A stretch of 62,806 bases of DNA, the filler included. It is 7 parts of 7 records of this genome, joined end to end, with 100 filler letters (N's around TTAATTAATTAA, not from the genome) between each part and the next. Parts side by side here need not be neighbours in the genome. Positions count along the whole stretch, not along the records: positions 19,423 to 30,399 come from SRR9188677_227; positions 30,500 to 50,256 come from SRR9188677_228; 5 more parts are not named here. The stretch is one strand, 5' to 3'. Within the stretch, counting starts at the first letter, position 1. Each line of letters opens with the position of its first letter. Below, in pieces: positions 27,484 through 36,330 of this stretch. The notes under the pieces are model-generated. The model ran no database searches, had not been told where the DNA came from, and worked only from the letters and a program-made list of their open reading frames with translations. The translations under genes and the position numbers were made by a program.

Positions 27484-28776
27484 ATGACGCTTGAAAATAT
27501 AATTAATCGAAATTCCATGACGGGCTTGCAGTACGCTACCATTGTCATTTGCTTTGTAATGAATATGCTTGATGGCATGGACGTAATGGTGATTTCATAC
27601 ACCGCACCCGCCATCGCCAAAGCTTGGGATACAAGTCCACAAGCATTAGGCATTGTATTTAGTTCTGGATTAGTCGGGATGACCTTCGGGGCGATACTTT
27701 TAGCTCCTTATGCAGATAAAATCGGTAGAAAATCCATGATTTTATTGAGTGCAATTTTAATGGGAAGTACCATTTTTCTTACTTCTTTTGCTACTTCAAT
27801 TTCCTATTTATTACTTTTTAGATTCATCAGCGGCTTAGGAATTGGAAGTATGTTGGCAAGTACAGCATCGCTCACAGCAGAATATACGCCTAACAAAACC
27901 AAAGATTTTTGGGTGAGTTTAGTCATTTCGGGTTATCCAGTTGGAGCAGTTTTGTCAGGTTTAGTAGCTGCCAAAATCATTCCTTTGCACGGTTGGCAAA
28001 GCATGTTTCAGGTCGCAGGTTATGCTACTTTGGTAGCGATTCCCCTTATTTACTTCTTTTTATCTGAATCATTATCTTTTTATTTAAAAGCACAGCCAGC
28101 GTCCGCTTTAGATAAAATCAATCAGATTTTAAAGAAAATGAGTATTGAAACACTGACAGAATTGCCCAACAAAGCCAGCGAACAACACAGTAAATCTCTG
28201 CGTTCGTTGATGACGCCTACTTATAAAATTCCTACCATTCAATTATGGGTAGCTTTGTTTTTGGCTTTTGCTACTTTGTATTTTTTGACAAGTTGGATTC
28301 CAAAACTAGCCACCAACGCAGGACTTTCGATTGAATTAGCGATTTACTCAGGAACGGTTTTCAACGTTGGAGCATTCATTGGCATCGTTACACAAGGTTA
28401 TTTTTCAAGTAAATTTGGTTTGAAAAAAACCATTGGCACATTCCTGATACTTACCGCTGTATTGATGGCAGTTTTCCAATTCTTTATTGGTTCAGATGCG
28501 ATTCTATTTATTTTGGGCTTATTGGGTTTTGGGATTCAAGGAGGTTTTGTTGGACTTTATGCCGTTGCCGCAAGAATGTATCCAACAGAATTCAGAACAA
28601 CTGGTGTGGGTTGGTCAATCGGGATTGGTCGTTTGGGAGGAATCATTGGTCCAGCTTTAGGCGGAATCCTAATCGGCATGGGGCTTTCTATGAGTGCAAA
28701 CTTTTTGATTTACGCCATTCCAACAGTTTTTGCAGGTATTATGACTTTGTATCTTTCTTCTAAAGAGATTAGTTAA
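27484..28776 (+). CDS. MFS aromatic acid:H+ symporter (AAHS; VanK/PcaK-like)
   Basis: LDGMD in TM1; ADKIGRK; YPTEFRTTGVGW..GRLG. Confidence 0.87.
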   Translation: MTLENIINRNSMTGLQYATIVICFVMNMLDGMDVMVISYTAPAIAKAWDTSPQALGIVFSSGLVGMTFGAILLAPYADKIGRKSMILLSAILMGSTIFLTSFATSISYLLLFRFISGLGIGSMLASTASLTAEYTPNKTKDFWVSLVISGYPVGAVLSGLVAAKIIPLHGWQSMFQVAGYATLVAIPLIYFFLSESLSFYLKAQPASALDKINQILKKMSIETLTELPNKASEQHSKSLRSLMTPTYKIPTIQLWVALFLAFATLYFLTSWIPKLATNAGLSIELAIYSGTVFNVGAFIGIVTQGYFSSKFGLKKTIGTFLILTAVLMAVFQFFIGSDAILFILGLLGFGIQGGFVGLYAVAARMYPTEFRTTGVGWSIGIGRLGGIIGPALGGILIGMGLSMSANFLIYAIPTVFAGIMTLYLSSKEIS

Positions 28777-28815
28777 TGGCTGTTAGTTATCAGCTTTGAG
28801 CCATCAGCTTTTTTA

Positions 28816-28861
28816 TTAAAATTAATAGGGAGGGAATTAATTCTCTCCCTATTAATTTTAA
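28816..28861. terminator. Long hairpin between convergent MFS and galT
   Basis: ttaaaattaatagggagggaattaattctctccctattaattttaa, near-perfect palindrome. Confidence 0.65.
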
Positions 28862-28967
28862 GTGCTTTATACCCAAAATCCCTAAACGATTTGCAAATCG
28901 CAAATCATGAATTATTTGACAAACAAAAAAGCTGTTCTAAATTTTCATTCGGAACAGCTTTCTTTGT

Positions 28968-30011
28968 TTACTTGGTTTTATAATGTACTTCTGATAAGGC
29001 TCGCAGTACTGCTGCACTTTTTTCAGCCGTGATGTCTCTTTGTGGATTGGCTAACATTTCGTAACCGACCATAAATTTCTTGACAGTTGCCGAACGTAAT
29101 AATGGCGGATAAAACACAAAATGCCAATGCCATTCGTCATGTGCTTCGCCGTCGGTTGGGGCTTGGTGAACGCCAGCAGAGTAGGGGAAAGAAGTTTCAA
29201 AAAGATTGTCATAACGAACAGTCAATCTTTTATAAGCATTGGCGAAAGCATCTTTTTCAGCATCAGTCATGTCCGAAATTCTTGCCATTTTTCGCTTCGG
29301 AACAATCATCGTTTCAAATGGCCAAACTGCCCAATAAGGAACTAAGGCTACAAAATGCTCATTTTCAAAGAGTACTCTTTCTTGCTTGATTAATTCTTTT
29401 TCTACATAATCAGCCAATAAAGAGCGTTGATTTTTTTGCCAATACTTCAATTGTGAAATTTGCTTTTTCATTGGTTCGTCTGGGATTGACGACGAAGCCC
29501 AAATCTGTCCATGGGGATGTGGATTCGAACAACCCATTACAAAACCTTTGTTCTCGAAAATCTGTACGTAATTGATAAAGTCTTTTCCGCCAAGCGTCAA
29601 ATACTCATCAACCCAAGCATCCACTACTTTTCTAATGGCAGTTTCTTCCATTTCTGGAACGGTCAAATCGTGGCGAGGCGAGAAACAAATTACTCTTCCC
29701 AAACCTCTTTCGGTTGCTGCTTTGAAAAGTTCGTCTTCTTCAAAACTGTGTGGAGGAGTATCTTCCAACAAGGCAGCAAAATCGTTATTGAAAATATAAA
29801 CGTCTTGGTAATCTGGATTTACTTCACCATTCATGCGAGTGTTGGTCGGGCATAAATAACAAGTTTCGTCATAAGCGGGACGGTCGTCGCCAGCTACTTT
29901 TTCTACTTGTCCTTGCCACGGACGTTTCGCACGATGTGGCGAAACTAATACCCAGCTGTCTGTCAGTGGGTTATATCTTTTGTGAGGGTGCTCTTCAAAA
30001 ATTGAGTTCAT
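28968..30011 (-). CDS. galT: Galactose-1-phosphate uridylyltransferase
   Basis: SPHRAKRPWQG, MGCSNPHPHGQ, LLRSATVKKFMVGYE. Confidence 0.97.
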   Translation of the reverse strand: MNSIFEEHPHKRYNPLTDSWVLVSPHRAKRPWQGQVEKVAGDDRPAYDETCYLCPTNTRMNGEVNPDYQDVYIFNNDFAALLEDTPPHSFEEDELFKAATERGLGRVICFSPRHDLTVPEMEETAIRKVVDAWVDEYLTLGGKDFINYVQIFENKGFVMGCSNPHPHGQIWASSSIPDEPMKKQISQLKYWQKNQRSLLADYVEKELIKQERVLFENEHFVALVPYWAVWPFETMIVPKRKMARISDMTDAEKDAFANAYKRLTVRYDNLFETSFPYSAGVHQAPTDGEAHDEWHWHFVFYPPLLRSATVKKFMVGYEMLANPQRDITAEKSAAVLRALSEVHYKTK

Positions 30012-30017
30012 TGTTTT

Positions 30018-30098
30018 TGGCTGTAAGCTTTGAGCTTTGAGCTTTGAGCTTTGAGTTTTCTACTCTAAAAGCTTATAGCTCATAGCTCAAGGCTAAAA
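30018..30098. repeat. Heptamer arrays (GAGCTTT)n and inverted (AGCTYAW)n between galK and galT
   Basis: aagctttgagctttgagctttgagctttgag ... aaagcttatagctcatagctcaaggct. Confidence 0.8.
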
Positions 30099-30399
30099 TT
30101 AAACTATTTCTGTTCCGTTCGTTAATGCTACTGTGTAAGTAACTAAATCTTTTTGATATTTTGCTTGATATGCTTTTTTGATTCTGTTCAGAAAAGCTTC
30201 TGCTTTACTTTTTTCAACAATGTTGATAGAACAGCCTCCGAAACCACCGCCCATCATTCTTGAACCAACGACTGCATCATCTTCACGGGTTTCATCTACC
30301 AAAAAGTCTAATTCTTCACAAGAAACCGCATAATTATGTTGAAGTCCATCGTGAGTTTCGTACATTTTTTTACCGAAAGTCGCCAAGTCATTTCGCTCA
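30099..30399 (-). CDS. galK: Galactokinase, C-terminal fragment (truncated by contig end)
   Basis: YAVSCEELD and GSRMMGGGFGGC GHMP motif; adjacent to galT. Confidence 0.93.
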
Positions 30400-30499
30400 N
30401 NNNNNNNNNNNNNNNNNNNNNNNNNNNNNNNNNNNNNNNNNNNTTAATTAATTAANNNNNNNNNNNNNNNNNNNNNNNNNNNNNNNNNNNNNNNNNNNN
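30400..30499. other. Artificial contig spacer
   Basis: N44-TTAATTAATTAA-N44. Confidence 0.99.
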
Positions 30500-30528
30500 G
30501 GTCGCAGGTTCGAATCCTGTCTTCCCGA
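30500..30528 (+). tRNA. tRNA 3' fragment, probably tRNA-Pro, CCA not encoded
   Basis: GGTCGCAGGTTCGAATCCTGTCTTCCCGA: T-arm plus acceptor ending CCG-A typical of tRNA-Pro; anticodon not visible. Confidence 0.72.
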
Positions 30529-30540
30529 CTTAAAAAGAGA

Positions 30541-30574
30541 AAGCTCAACAGCAATGTTGAGCTTTTCTATTTTA
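30541..30574 (+). terminator. Intrinsic terminator after the tRNA
   Basis: AAGCTCAACA-GCAA-TGTTGAGCTT followed by T-rich run. Confidence 0.75.
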
Positions 30575-30628
30575 TACTTATTCTATCAGGAGATTAGCTT
30601 CTCCATATTATACCCAAACAGTCTTGTC

Positions 30629-32317
30629 CTAAAAATCTTCCTGCACTAAAAAATGCACTCGTTTGTTTGTGGCAGGATGTACAAATTCAATTTCTGCAGC
30701 ATGCAGAAACAATCGTGTATCAGATGTACCATAAAGGTCGTCGCCTATGATAGGTGCATTAAGACCATCGGCATGAGCTGAGTGTACACGCAACTGATGC
30801 GTGCGGCCGGTATGCGGCCAGAAATGGACTTTTGTTTTGCCGTTAACCCTTTCGAACACTTTCCATTTGGTAATGCTCTTCTTACCTGTTTCAAAACAAA
30901 CTATTTGCAGCGGCCTGTTGTAAATATCTGCAATGAGCGGAAGTCTTATCTCACCTTCATCACCATCTATCAATCGGGAAAGCAATGCTGTATATCGTTT
31001 GCTCACTGTACGGTTTAGAAACTGACGTTGAAGATGCTTTTGCACTTCTCGGGTTTTAGCAACTACCAGTAGCCCACTGGTACCCATATCCAGCCTGTGA
31101 ACAATAAGCGGCTCGGCATTTACCAATCTTGCTTTCAATCTGCTATACACAGAATCCTGAATATCTATACCGGGAACAGATAGCAAGCCTGATGGCTTAT
31201 TAACTACAAGGAAGCTATCGTCTTCATAAACTATTTCCAGACTGAGGTCTTCTTTTGCCGGTTGCAAGAACGGGTTATCATCCATCGGTATCCCTTCCAG
31301 CATGTGCGCCAGTATCGGCTTGCATTTGCCGGTACATGCAGGATAGTATTGTTTGTGTTGTCTTATCTCGGACTTTGGCGAAGCACCCCACCAAAACTCG
31401 GCCATAGCAAGCGGCTTGTAGCCATTTGCAAATGCATACTGCAACAGTTTGGGTGTAGCGCACTCCCCTGCGGCAGACGGCGGCTTACCAAAAGCCGTCA
31501 ACTTGAAAATATCATACAGACTTTTGTTCTGTCCATCTTTATTCAGAAACACATACTGATCGAAAAGCTGTTGCTGCAAAGCATTAGACCTTTCTTTACG
31601 CTCTTCCTTCAGTGCTTCTATGCGTTCCTCAAAGGGTGCAAGCTTAGCTTGCATCTCTGCTAATGTATTAGTCCAATTATCTGTAAGCTGTTTCAGCAAA
31701 TGCTTATCATACAGGCTCTGCTTTACCATCTCTGCCTCAAACAATGCATACGCTTCGGCATTCAATATGCCTTTCTGCTCATCTCTCAGCTTTCTTCTGT
31801 TTTCTTTGTTGTCCTTCAGCTGATTTTTTAATGCCGCTATTTCTGCAGCAGACTGCAGTGATAGTTTCTCAAAATCCTGTTTGGGTATGCTGTAGCTTTC
31901 ATCAGCCAGCATATCGTCTACCTGTCTGTTGATTGCATCGATGGTTTCTTTCTCTTTGACAAAAAAACTATTCTCTGAAAGCATGTCGAAAACAGGAGGC
32001 ACAAACCTGGGATGGTCGTTAGTACCTGCAAGCTTGCCGGAAAATGCAGAGAGATAGCCAACCCTTCCCGCAGCATCCTCAATAATCAATACACCAAACA
32101 TCTTACCTATCGCAAATTCATCTGTATCTGCAGATAGTCCGAAATTGTGATTCAGGTCTGTCTGTGCCTCGATGTATTGCTGCAGTTCTTCTGCTGCGAT
32201 TACTGTCAAAGGGTGTGGTTCGTAGTAAAAAGGGAACGTGAACCGTTCGGGCAGACCGACACTTTTGACTACACTGTCAGAGAACCATGAAACTTTATTG
32301 TGATCGATGCCGCCCAA
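30629..32317 (-). CDS. Long-form RluA-family pseudouridine synthase with N-terminal extension and coiled coil
   Basis: VNKPSGLLS, HRLDMGTSG (catalytic Asp), TGRTHQLRVH, LHA; start approximate. Confidence 0.9.
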   Translation of the reverse strand: MGGIDHNKVSWFSDSVVKSVGLPERFTFPFYYEPHPLTVIAAEELQQYIEAQTDLNHNFGLSADTDEFAIGKMFGVLIIEDAAGRVGYLSAFSGKLAGTNDHPRFVPPVFDMLSENSFFVKEKETIDAINRQVDDMLADESYSIPKQDFEKLSLQSAAEIAALKNQLKDNKENRRKLRDEQKGILNAEAYALFEAEMVKQSLYDKHLLKQLTDNWTNTLAEMQAKLAPFEERIEALKEERKERSNALQQQLFDQYVFLNKDGQNKSLYDIFKLTAFGKPPSAAGECATPKLLQYAFANGYKPLAMAEFWWGASPKSEIRQHKQYYPACTGKCKPILAHMLEGIPMDDNPFLQPAKEDLSLEIVYEDDSFLVVNKPSGLLSVPGIDIQDSVYSRLKARLVNAEPLIVHRLDMGTSGLLVVAKTREVQKHLQRQFLNRTVSKRYTALLSRLIDGDEGEIRLPLIADIYNRPLQIVCFETGKKSITKWKVFERVNGKTKVHFWPHTGRTHQLRVHSAHADGLNAPIIGDDLYGTSDTRLFLHAAEIEFVHPATNKRVHFLVQEDF

Positions 32318-32408
32318 GAAACCCGATGTATTGTTGAGGCTGCAAATTTAAGGTATCTACCTGAAGGGTAATGAAAAAAGCTACCCTGTTGAGTAGCTTT
32401 CAGTATGA

Positions 32409-32759
32409 TTAAAATACGCCTTGCCCGAAAGTCAGGAGGTTATTATCAGGGTCCAGCAAGGAGAATTCCCGCTGCATCCAAGGTTTATGTTCCAGCGGGC
32501 TGCACGCTACATCTTTCTTCTTTAGCTCCTGATACAATGCATCAATATCGTTGGTACGGATGTATACCTGCCCGTAATTTTCTTTCGGGTCAAGATCGGT
32601 AAATTCAAAGAAATGTATTTGAATACTATCCTTTCCTACCATCAGGTAACCATCAAAATCTGCACTACCAAATTCTTTGAAGCCCAGCTGACTGATATAA
32701 AAACTGCGAGTCTTTGCCTTATCCCTCATTGGTAGCTTAGGGTGAATATCTGTAAGCAT
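32409..32759 (-). CDS. VOC/glyoxalase (bleomycin-resistance-protein-like)
   Basis: PKLPMRD..FY..LGF; KPWMQREFSLLDPDNNLLTFG; start reassigned to MLTDIH. Confidence 0.85.
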   Translation of the reverse strand: MLTDIHPKLPMRDKAKTRSFYISQLGFKEFGSADFDGYLMVGKDSIQIHFFEFTDLDPKENYGQVYIRTNDIDALYQELKKKDVACSPLEHKPWMQREFSLLDPDNNLLTFGQGVF

Positions 32760-32788
32760 AGTTTTATTATTTAAAACGAAGTTAAGGA

Positions 32789-32815
32789 AATTAACTTGCA
32801 AAAAGCAAGTTAATT
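32789..32815. promoter_or_regulatory. Perfect inverted repeat; candidate HxlR operator
   Basis: AATTAACTTGC-AAAAA-GCAAGTTAATT between the divergent VOC and hxlR genes. Confidence 0.7.
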
Positions 32816-32830
32816 CTATATCATTGCAAT

Positions 32831-33247
32831 GTGAAACAATTGAAACAACGTTCAGACTGCCCCATCAGCAGTGCATTAGATATTGTCGGCGATAAATGGT
32901 CGCTGCTGATAGTGCGTGATATTATGATGAACGGAAAGAACACCTATAACGAGTTTCTGAAATCGGCAGAAAAGATTGCCACCAATGTGTTAGCTGACAG
33001 ACTGGTAATGCTTGAATCAACTGGTATCATCACCAAAGAAGAGCACCCTGATAGCAAAGCCAAGATATATTATAAACTAACTGAAAAAGGCGTAGACCTG
33101 CTGCCGATACTAATTGAACTGACACTGTGGGCCGATGAATACCTGCCGGTATCTAAAGCTGCAATCACGTATGGCAGAGTACTGAAGAAAGACAAGGCTG
33201 CGATTACCAAACAAATGATGGCTTCGTTAAAGAAGATAAATAAATAA
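32831..33247 (+). CDS. HxlR/DUF24 winged-helix regulator
   Basis: RSDCPISSALDIVGDKWSLLIVRD with N-terminal Cys; YKLTEKG; GTG start. Confidence 0.92.
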   Translation: MKQLKQRSDCPISSALDIVGDKWSLLIVRDIMMNGKNTYNEFLKSAEKIATNVLADRLVMLESTGIITKEEHPDSKAKIYYKLTEKGVDLLPILIELTLWADEYLPVSKAAITYGRVLKKDKAAITKQMMASLKKINK

Positions 33248-33249
33248 AA

Positions 33250-33271
33250 AAGCGCTGCAATTGCAGCGCTT
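33250..33271. terminator. Palindromic terminator between convergent genes
   Basis: AAGCGCTGCAATTGCAGCGCTT, A-run on the left. Confidence 0.7.
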
Positions 33272-33281
33272 CGGGTGATTA

Positions 33282-33800
33282 CTATTTCAAGATAATGTTG
33301 ATGGGCAATTGCCTTGCCCGCATATTCCTTTCTTTTTCTTTTACACGTTCTGCTTCTTCATCATAAAAAGAAAGGTTTTTGCCAGATGCGCTATGCATCT
33401 TAGCATTTGCCAGACTTTTTACTGCATTGTCATAGCTACCGCTCATCTCGTACATCAGTGCCTCTTTGTACAGGATGGCAGCTTTATCTATACCTGATTG
33501 CTTCAATGCTTTTGTTACCAGCCTTGCCATCAACGGATAGTCTTCCACCGTTAATGCAAAATCGAGATAAGCATAGTAGGTATCTGTAAACGAAGCATCG
33601 TAGTATAATGCCAGTTCAAAACATTCTTTTGCAGCATCAAACCTTTTCAGGTCTGTATAATATATGCGGCCTTTGAGTGTCAGCAGCCCTGCGTGTTCGT
33701 CATCGCAAGACAGGCCGTACTCCAGCGCTTCCAATGCCTCTTCGTAATCGTATGGATAGTAATCCCTTGCTTTTAGGTAATATTTGTCTGCAGCTGTCAT
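33282..33800 (-). CDS. Tetratricopeptide-repeat protein
   Basis: Tyr/Ala-rich TPR-like helices (LKGRIY..AKECFELAL); start MTAADKYY. Confidence 0.75.
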   Translation of the reverse strand: MTAADKYYLKARDYYPYDYEEALEALEYGLSCDDEHAGLLTLKGRIYYTDLKRFDAAKECFELALYYDASFTDTYYAYLDFALTVEDYPLMARLVTKALKQSGIDKAAILYKEALMYEMSGSYDNAVKSLANAKMHSASGKNLSFYDEEAERVKEKERNMRARQLPINIILK

Positions 33801-33887
33801 AGCTGTAATAATTTGATTGTGATAAATAGTTTGGTAAGGCAATAATGATTGCCGATGTAGGGGAAAACTGTAATTATGCTACGGAAG

Positions 33888-33965
33888 CTAATGGAAGGTA
33901 AGCACAGCCTGCCCTGCTGCCACAATAAGGCAGTGTAGAGACTTGTATGATTTGAGCAGGCGCAT
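33888..33965 (-). CDS. Putative 25-aa leader peptide MRLLKSYKSLHCLIVAAGQAVLTFH
   Basis: ATG...TAG ORF 20 nt downstream of a TAAATTTG (-7) promoter box at 33993-33986 and 87 nt upstream of the TPR gene. Confidence 0.45.
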   Translation of the reverse strand: MRLLKSYKSLHCLIVAAGQAVLTFH

Positions 33966-34076
33966 AACTTAAAATATTAGTGTTGCAAATTTACGCATAA
34001 TATGCAAATACTATGCCAAAAGATAATGGCGCAGCAAAAATGCTACGCCATTAATAATAAAAATCTGCAGGCACTG

Positions 34077-34796
34077 CTATTTGTTTGCCTGTACCTGTGC
34101 TTGTGGTTCGGATCGTTTGTGTAGGGCCGTAAGTGTAAACTGCATACCCAATACGCCTATCAGTATTATACTGGTTACAATAGTATTGGTCTTAGCCTCA
34201 GGCTTGCGAATACCATTGAAGAAATACAATGGTAACAACACAAAAGCTGTAAGCCCCAATGTAGAAAACCAGATAATACGTGCACCTGGCCAATGCATAA
34301 TCTGAAACAGCATGGATATGCCATACAGTATACCAGCCAATGTTGCCGCGCCAAGTATAATACTATCGCGTGTTGAACCTGACTCTTTTGTCTTGAGTAG
34401 GAACAGCAGTGGCAGAAACAACAGACAGAATACCAGGAAAGCAAGGCCTAATATTGCACCTGCCCCGGGCCAATGCATTACTTTAAAAAACGAACCAACT
34501 ACGAATGCAAATGCAGAAAATGCACCGCATCCCATCATCAGTTTTTTCATACCGTAATAGTTTTTGAATGTTAACAATCGGATGGTTTCCTCTTCTATCT
34601 CTGACAATTGCTGTTTGTAAAAAGCTGCAACAGTTTGCTGATAGTAAGCCTCAAAGTCTCCACCCTCTTCGAGGTTTTGCTCAATGATGCAACAAATATG
34701 ATCCAGGAGGTTATACTGCAGATCCTCCATCTCAACGCCACGACGTCTTATGTCGTCGAGAATAAAATCAACTTGTTGGTCAGTGATGCGGTACAT
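34077..34796 (-). CDS. Membrane protein with two GldL-N-like FxxMHWPGA repeats
   Basis: LLDHICC N-terminal domain; FKVMHWPGA and FQIMHWPGA; start overlaps the padR stop (TAATG). Confidence 0.7.
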   Translation of the reverse strand: MYRITDQQVDFILDDIRRRGVEMEDLQYNLLDHICCIIEQNLEEGGDFEAYYQQTVAAFYKQQLSEIEEETIRLLTFKNYYGMKKLMMGCGAFSAFAFVVGSFFKVMHWPGAGAILGLAFLVFCLLFLPLLFLLKTKESGSTRDSIILGAATLAGILYGISMLFQIMHWPGARIIWFSTLGLTAFVLLPLYFFNGIRKPEAKTNTIVTSIILIGVLGMQFTLTALHKRSEPQAQVQANK

Positions 34797-35137
34797 TATG
34801 CCAATCTTGGTTTAATGTCTAACAATGACTGCATGGTCTCTACAAACTCTGTAAACTCGTTCACGCGTTCTTTTGCTTTGCTCTTGCCCTTTGGGCTAAG
34901 GCTGTAGTACTTGCGCACTCGCTTACCAATGTATTCCGTTTCGGTAGTAAGAAGTCCATCTGCCTCCAATGCATGCAGTGTAGGATACAGCGCGCCTTCG
35001 GTAAGCTGTATCCTGTCTTTGGTAAGTTCCTTAACTGTTTGTGTTATCTCATAGCCGTACATCTTTTTGTTGTCGGCCAGCAGTTTCAGCACAATTGTTT
35101 TCAATGTGCCTTTTATCAACTCTGATGAAAATATCAT
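34796..35137 (-). CDS. PadR-family transcriptional regulator
   Basis: MYGYEI, EGALYPTLH.LE, RKYYSLSPKG. Confidence 0.93.
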   Translation of the reverse strand: MIFSSELIKGTLKTIVLKLLADNKKMYGYEITQTVKELTKDRIQLTEGALYPTLHALEADGLLTTETEYIGKRVRKYYSLSPKGKSKAKERVNEFTEFVETMQSLLDIKPRLA

Positions 35138-35163
35138 TTCAATCTCCGTTTACTGAAACGAAG

Positions 35164-35199
35164 ATACATAAGTTTTCAATACATCAAACTCTTAGGTAT
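35164..35199. promoter_or_regulatory. Candidate PadR operator (ATAC(A/C)TAAG half-sites)
   Basis: atacataag (35164), atacatcaa (35179), inverted cttaggtat (35191-35199) upstream of padR. Confidence 0.45.
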
Positions 35200-35227
35200 T
35201 ATTTTTTTTATTGAACAAGCTTGGAAA

Positions 35228-36193
35228 CTATTTGATATTATGTTCCTTCTTGTATGCTGCTACATCCCATTTCAGATTCCATTGCAGCAGATAATCAGCA
35301 AGCGGACCAAGACCAACAGATGCTCTGCGCTTGTCTACATTATCAGGGTCTTCCAGTTCATCCAGATAGTAAGTACCATCCTGCTTCATACCCAATTGTG
35401 TACCGTACAATTGCCTTTTACCATTGCGCACTGCTATGCGATCTTCGAGCAGGGCAAACGATGACGCTCTTACATCTCCTGCTTTTACAGCATCCCGAAC
35501 CATAGGCAAATACTTTTCCTGTATAGCGATATCCGCATGTTGTATAACCATGAATACGGCGTTCGCCCCTTCATCGCCAACTTCTTGCCTGTGTGGCCAA
35601 CCATGTGTGTCAAGTATTCTTGTTACCCTAAGCACATTAATGGAATCGTGCCTATTCATGGCTGTTATTAAGTCTCTGAATTCTTTTGAGTTAGTGCCGT
35701 ATTTCTCCTGCGTGCTTTCAAATCGCATACGCACTCGCTGATCGTCCTGCATAACTGTATCAAGTTGATACAACAGGCCTATATTAGCAGCAGACAGACT
35801 AATGAAACGATTTTCATTTACCTTCTTAACGATAGCCTCCCAACGTGCATCTTTATGCAATGCATCCAAATCAGGATCTAAAACCAGGTGGTTGTAACTT
35901 GTATATCTGCCGTTGGCAACTGCTTGCAAATATGCTATGGCACTATCCGTATTGCCGGCCAAAGACCAGGCACAGGCCGCATTATATCTATCCTGCAACA
36001 TGCTTTTACCACCTGCATCGGCAAAAGCTTTGCTATATGCCATGCCTGACGCTTGAAACTCTTTAGTGTCATACAGCCTTTGCGCACTCTTTGTTGCTTC
36101 AAAATAGCTGTCGTCAAACACCTTTTGCTGATACACTTGTGCAGATAAAGTGTTGACATAAAAGATAGCAACAAAAAAGAGTGCTTTTTTCAT
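35228..36193 (-). CDS. Secreted TPR plus DUF6624-like protein
   Basis: Signal peptide; YNAACAWSLAG; DQRVR, GWP, IQHAD, ALLEDR..QLYGTQ. Confidence 0.7.
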   Translation of the reverse strand: MKKALFFVAIFYVNTLSAQVYQQKVFDDSYFEATKSAQRLYDTKEFQASGMAYSKAFADAGGKSMLQDRYNAACAWSLAGNTDSAIAYLQAVANGRYTSYNHLVLDPDLDALHKDARWEAIVKKVNENRFISLSAANIGLLYQLDTVMQDDQRVRMRFESTQEKYGTNSKEFRDLITAMNRHDSINVLRVTRILDTHGWPHRQEVGDEGANAVFMVIQHADIAIQEKYLPMVRDAVKAGDVRASSFALLEDRIAVRNGKRQLYGTQLGMKQDGTYYLDELEDPDNVDKRRASVGLGPLADYLLQWNLKWDVAAYKKEHNIK

Positions 36194-36330
36194 ACTTCGG
36201 CGGTTTCACTAAATATACTACCCCATATTGCGACAAAAATGTTAATTAACAGCCCCCAACGGATGTAATACAAAATTATTGCCCATATAATATCAAAACA
36301 TTGTCAGCGTTCTTGCTGAAAACCTCCTTT

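Noticed and set aside
32409-32759. Acquired bleomycin-resistance gene
   Set aside because: Generic VOC fold in a chromosomal HxlR context with no mobile element; resistance cannot be inferred.
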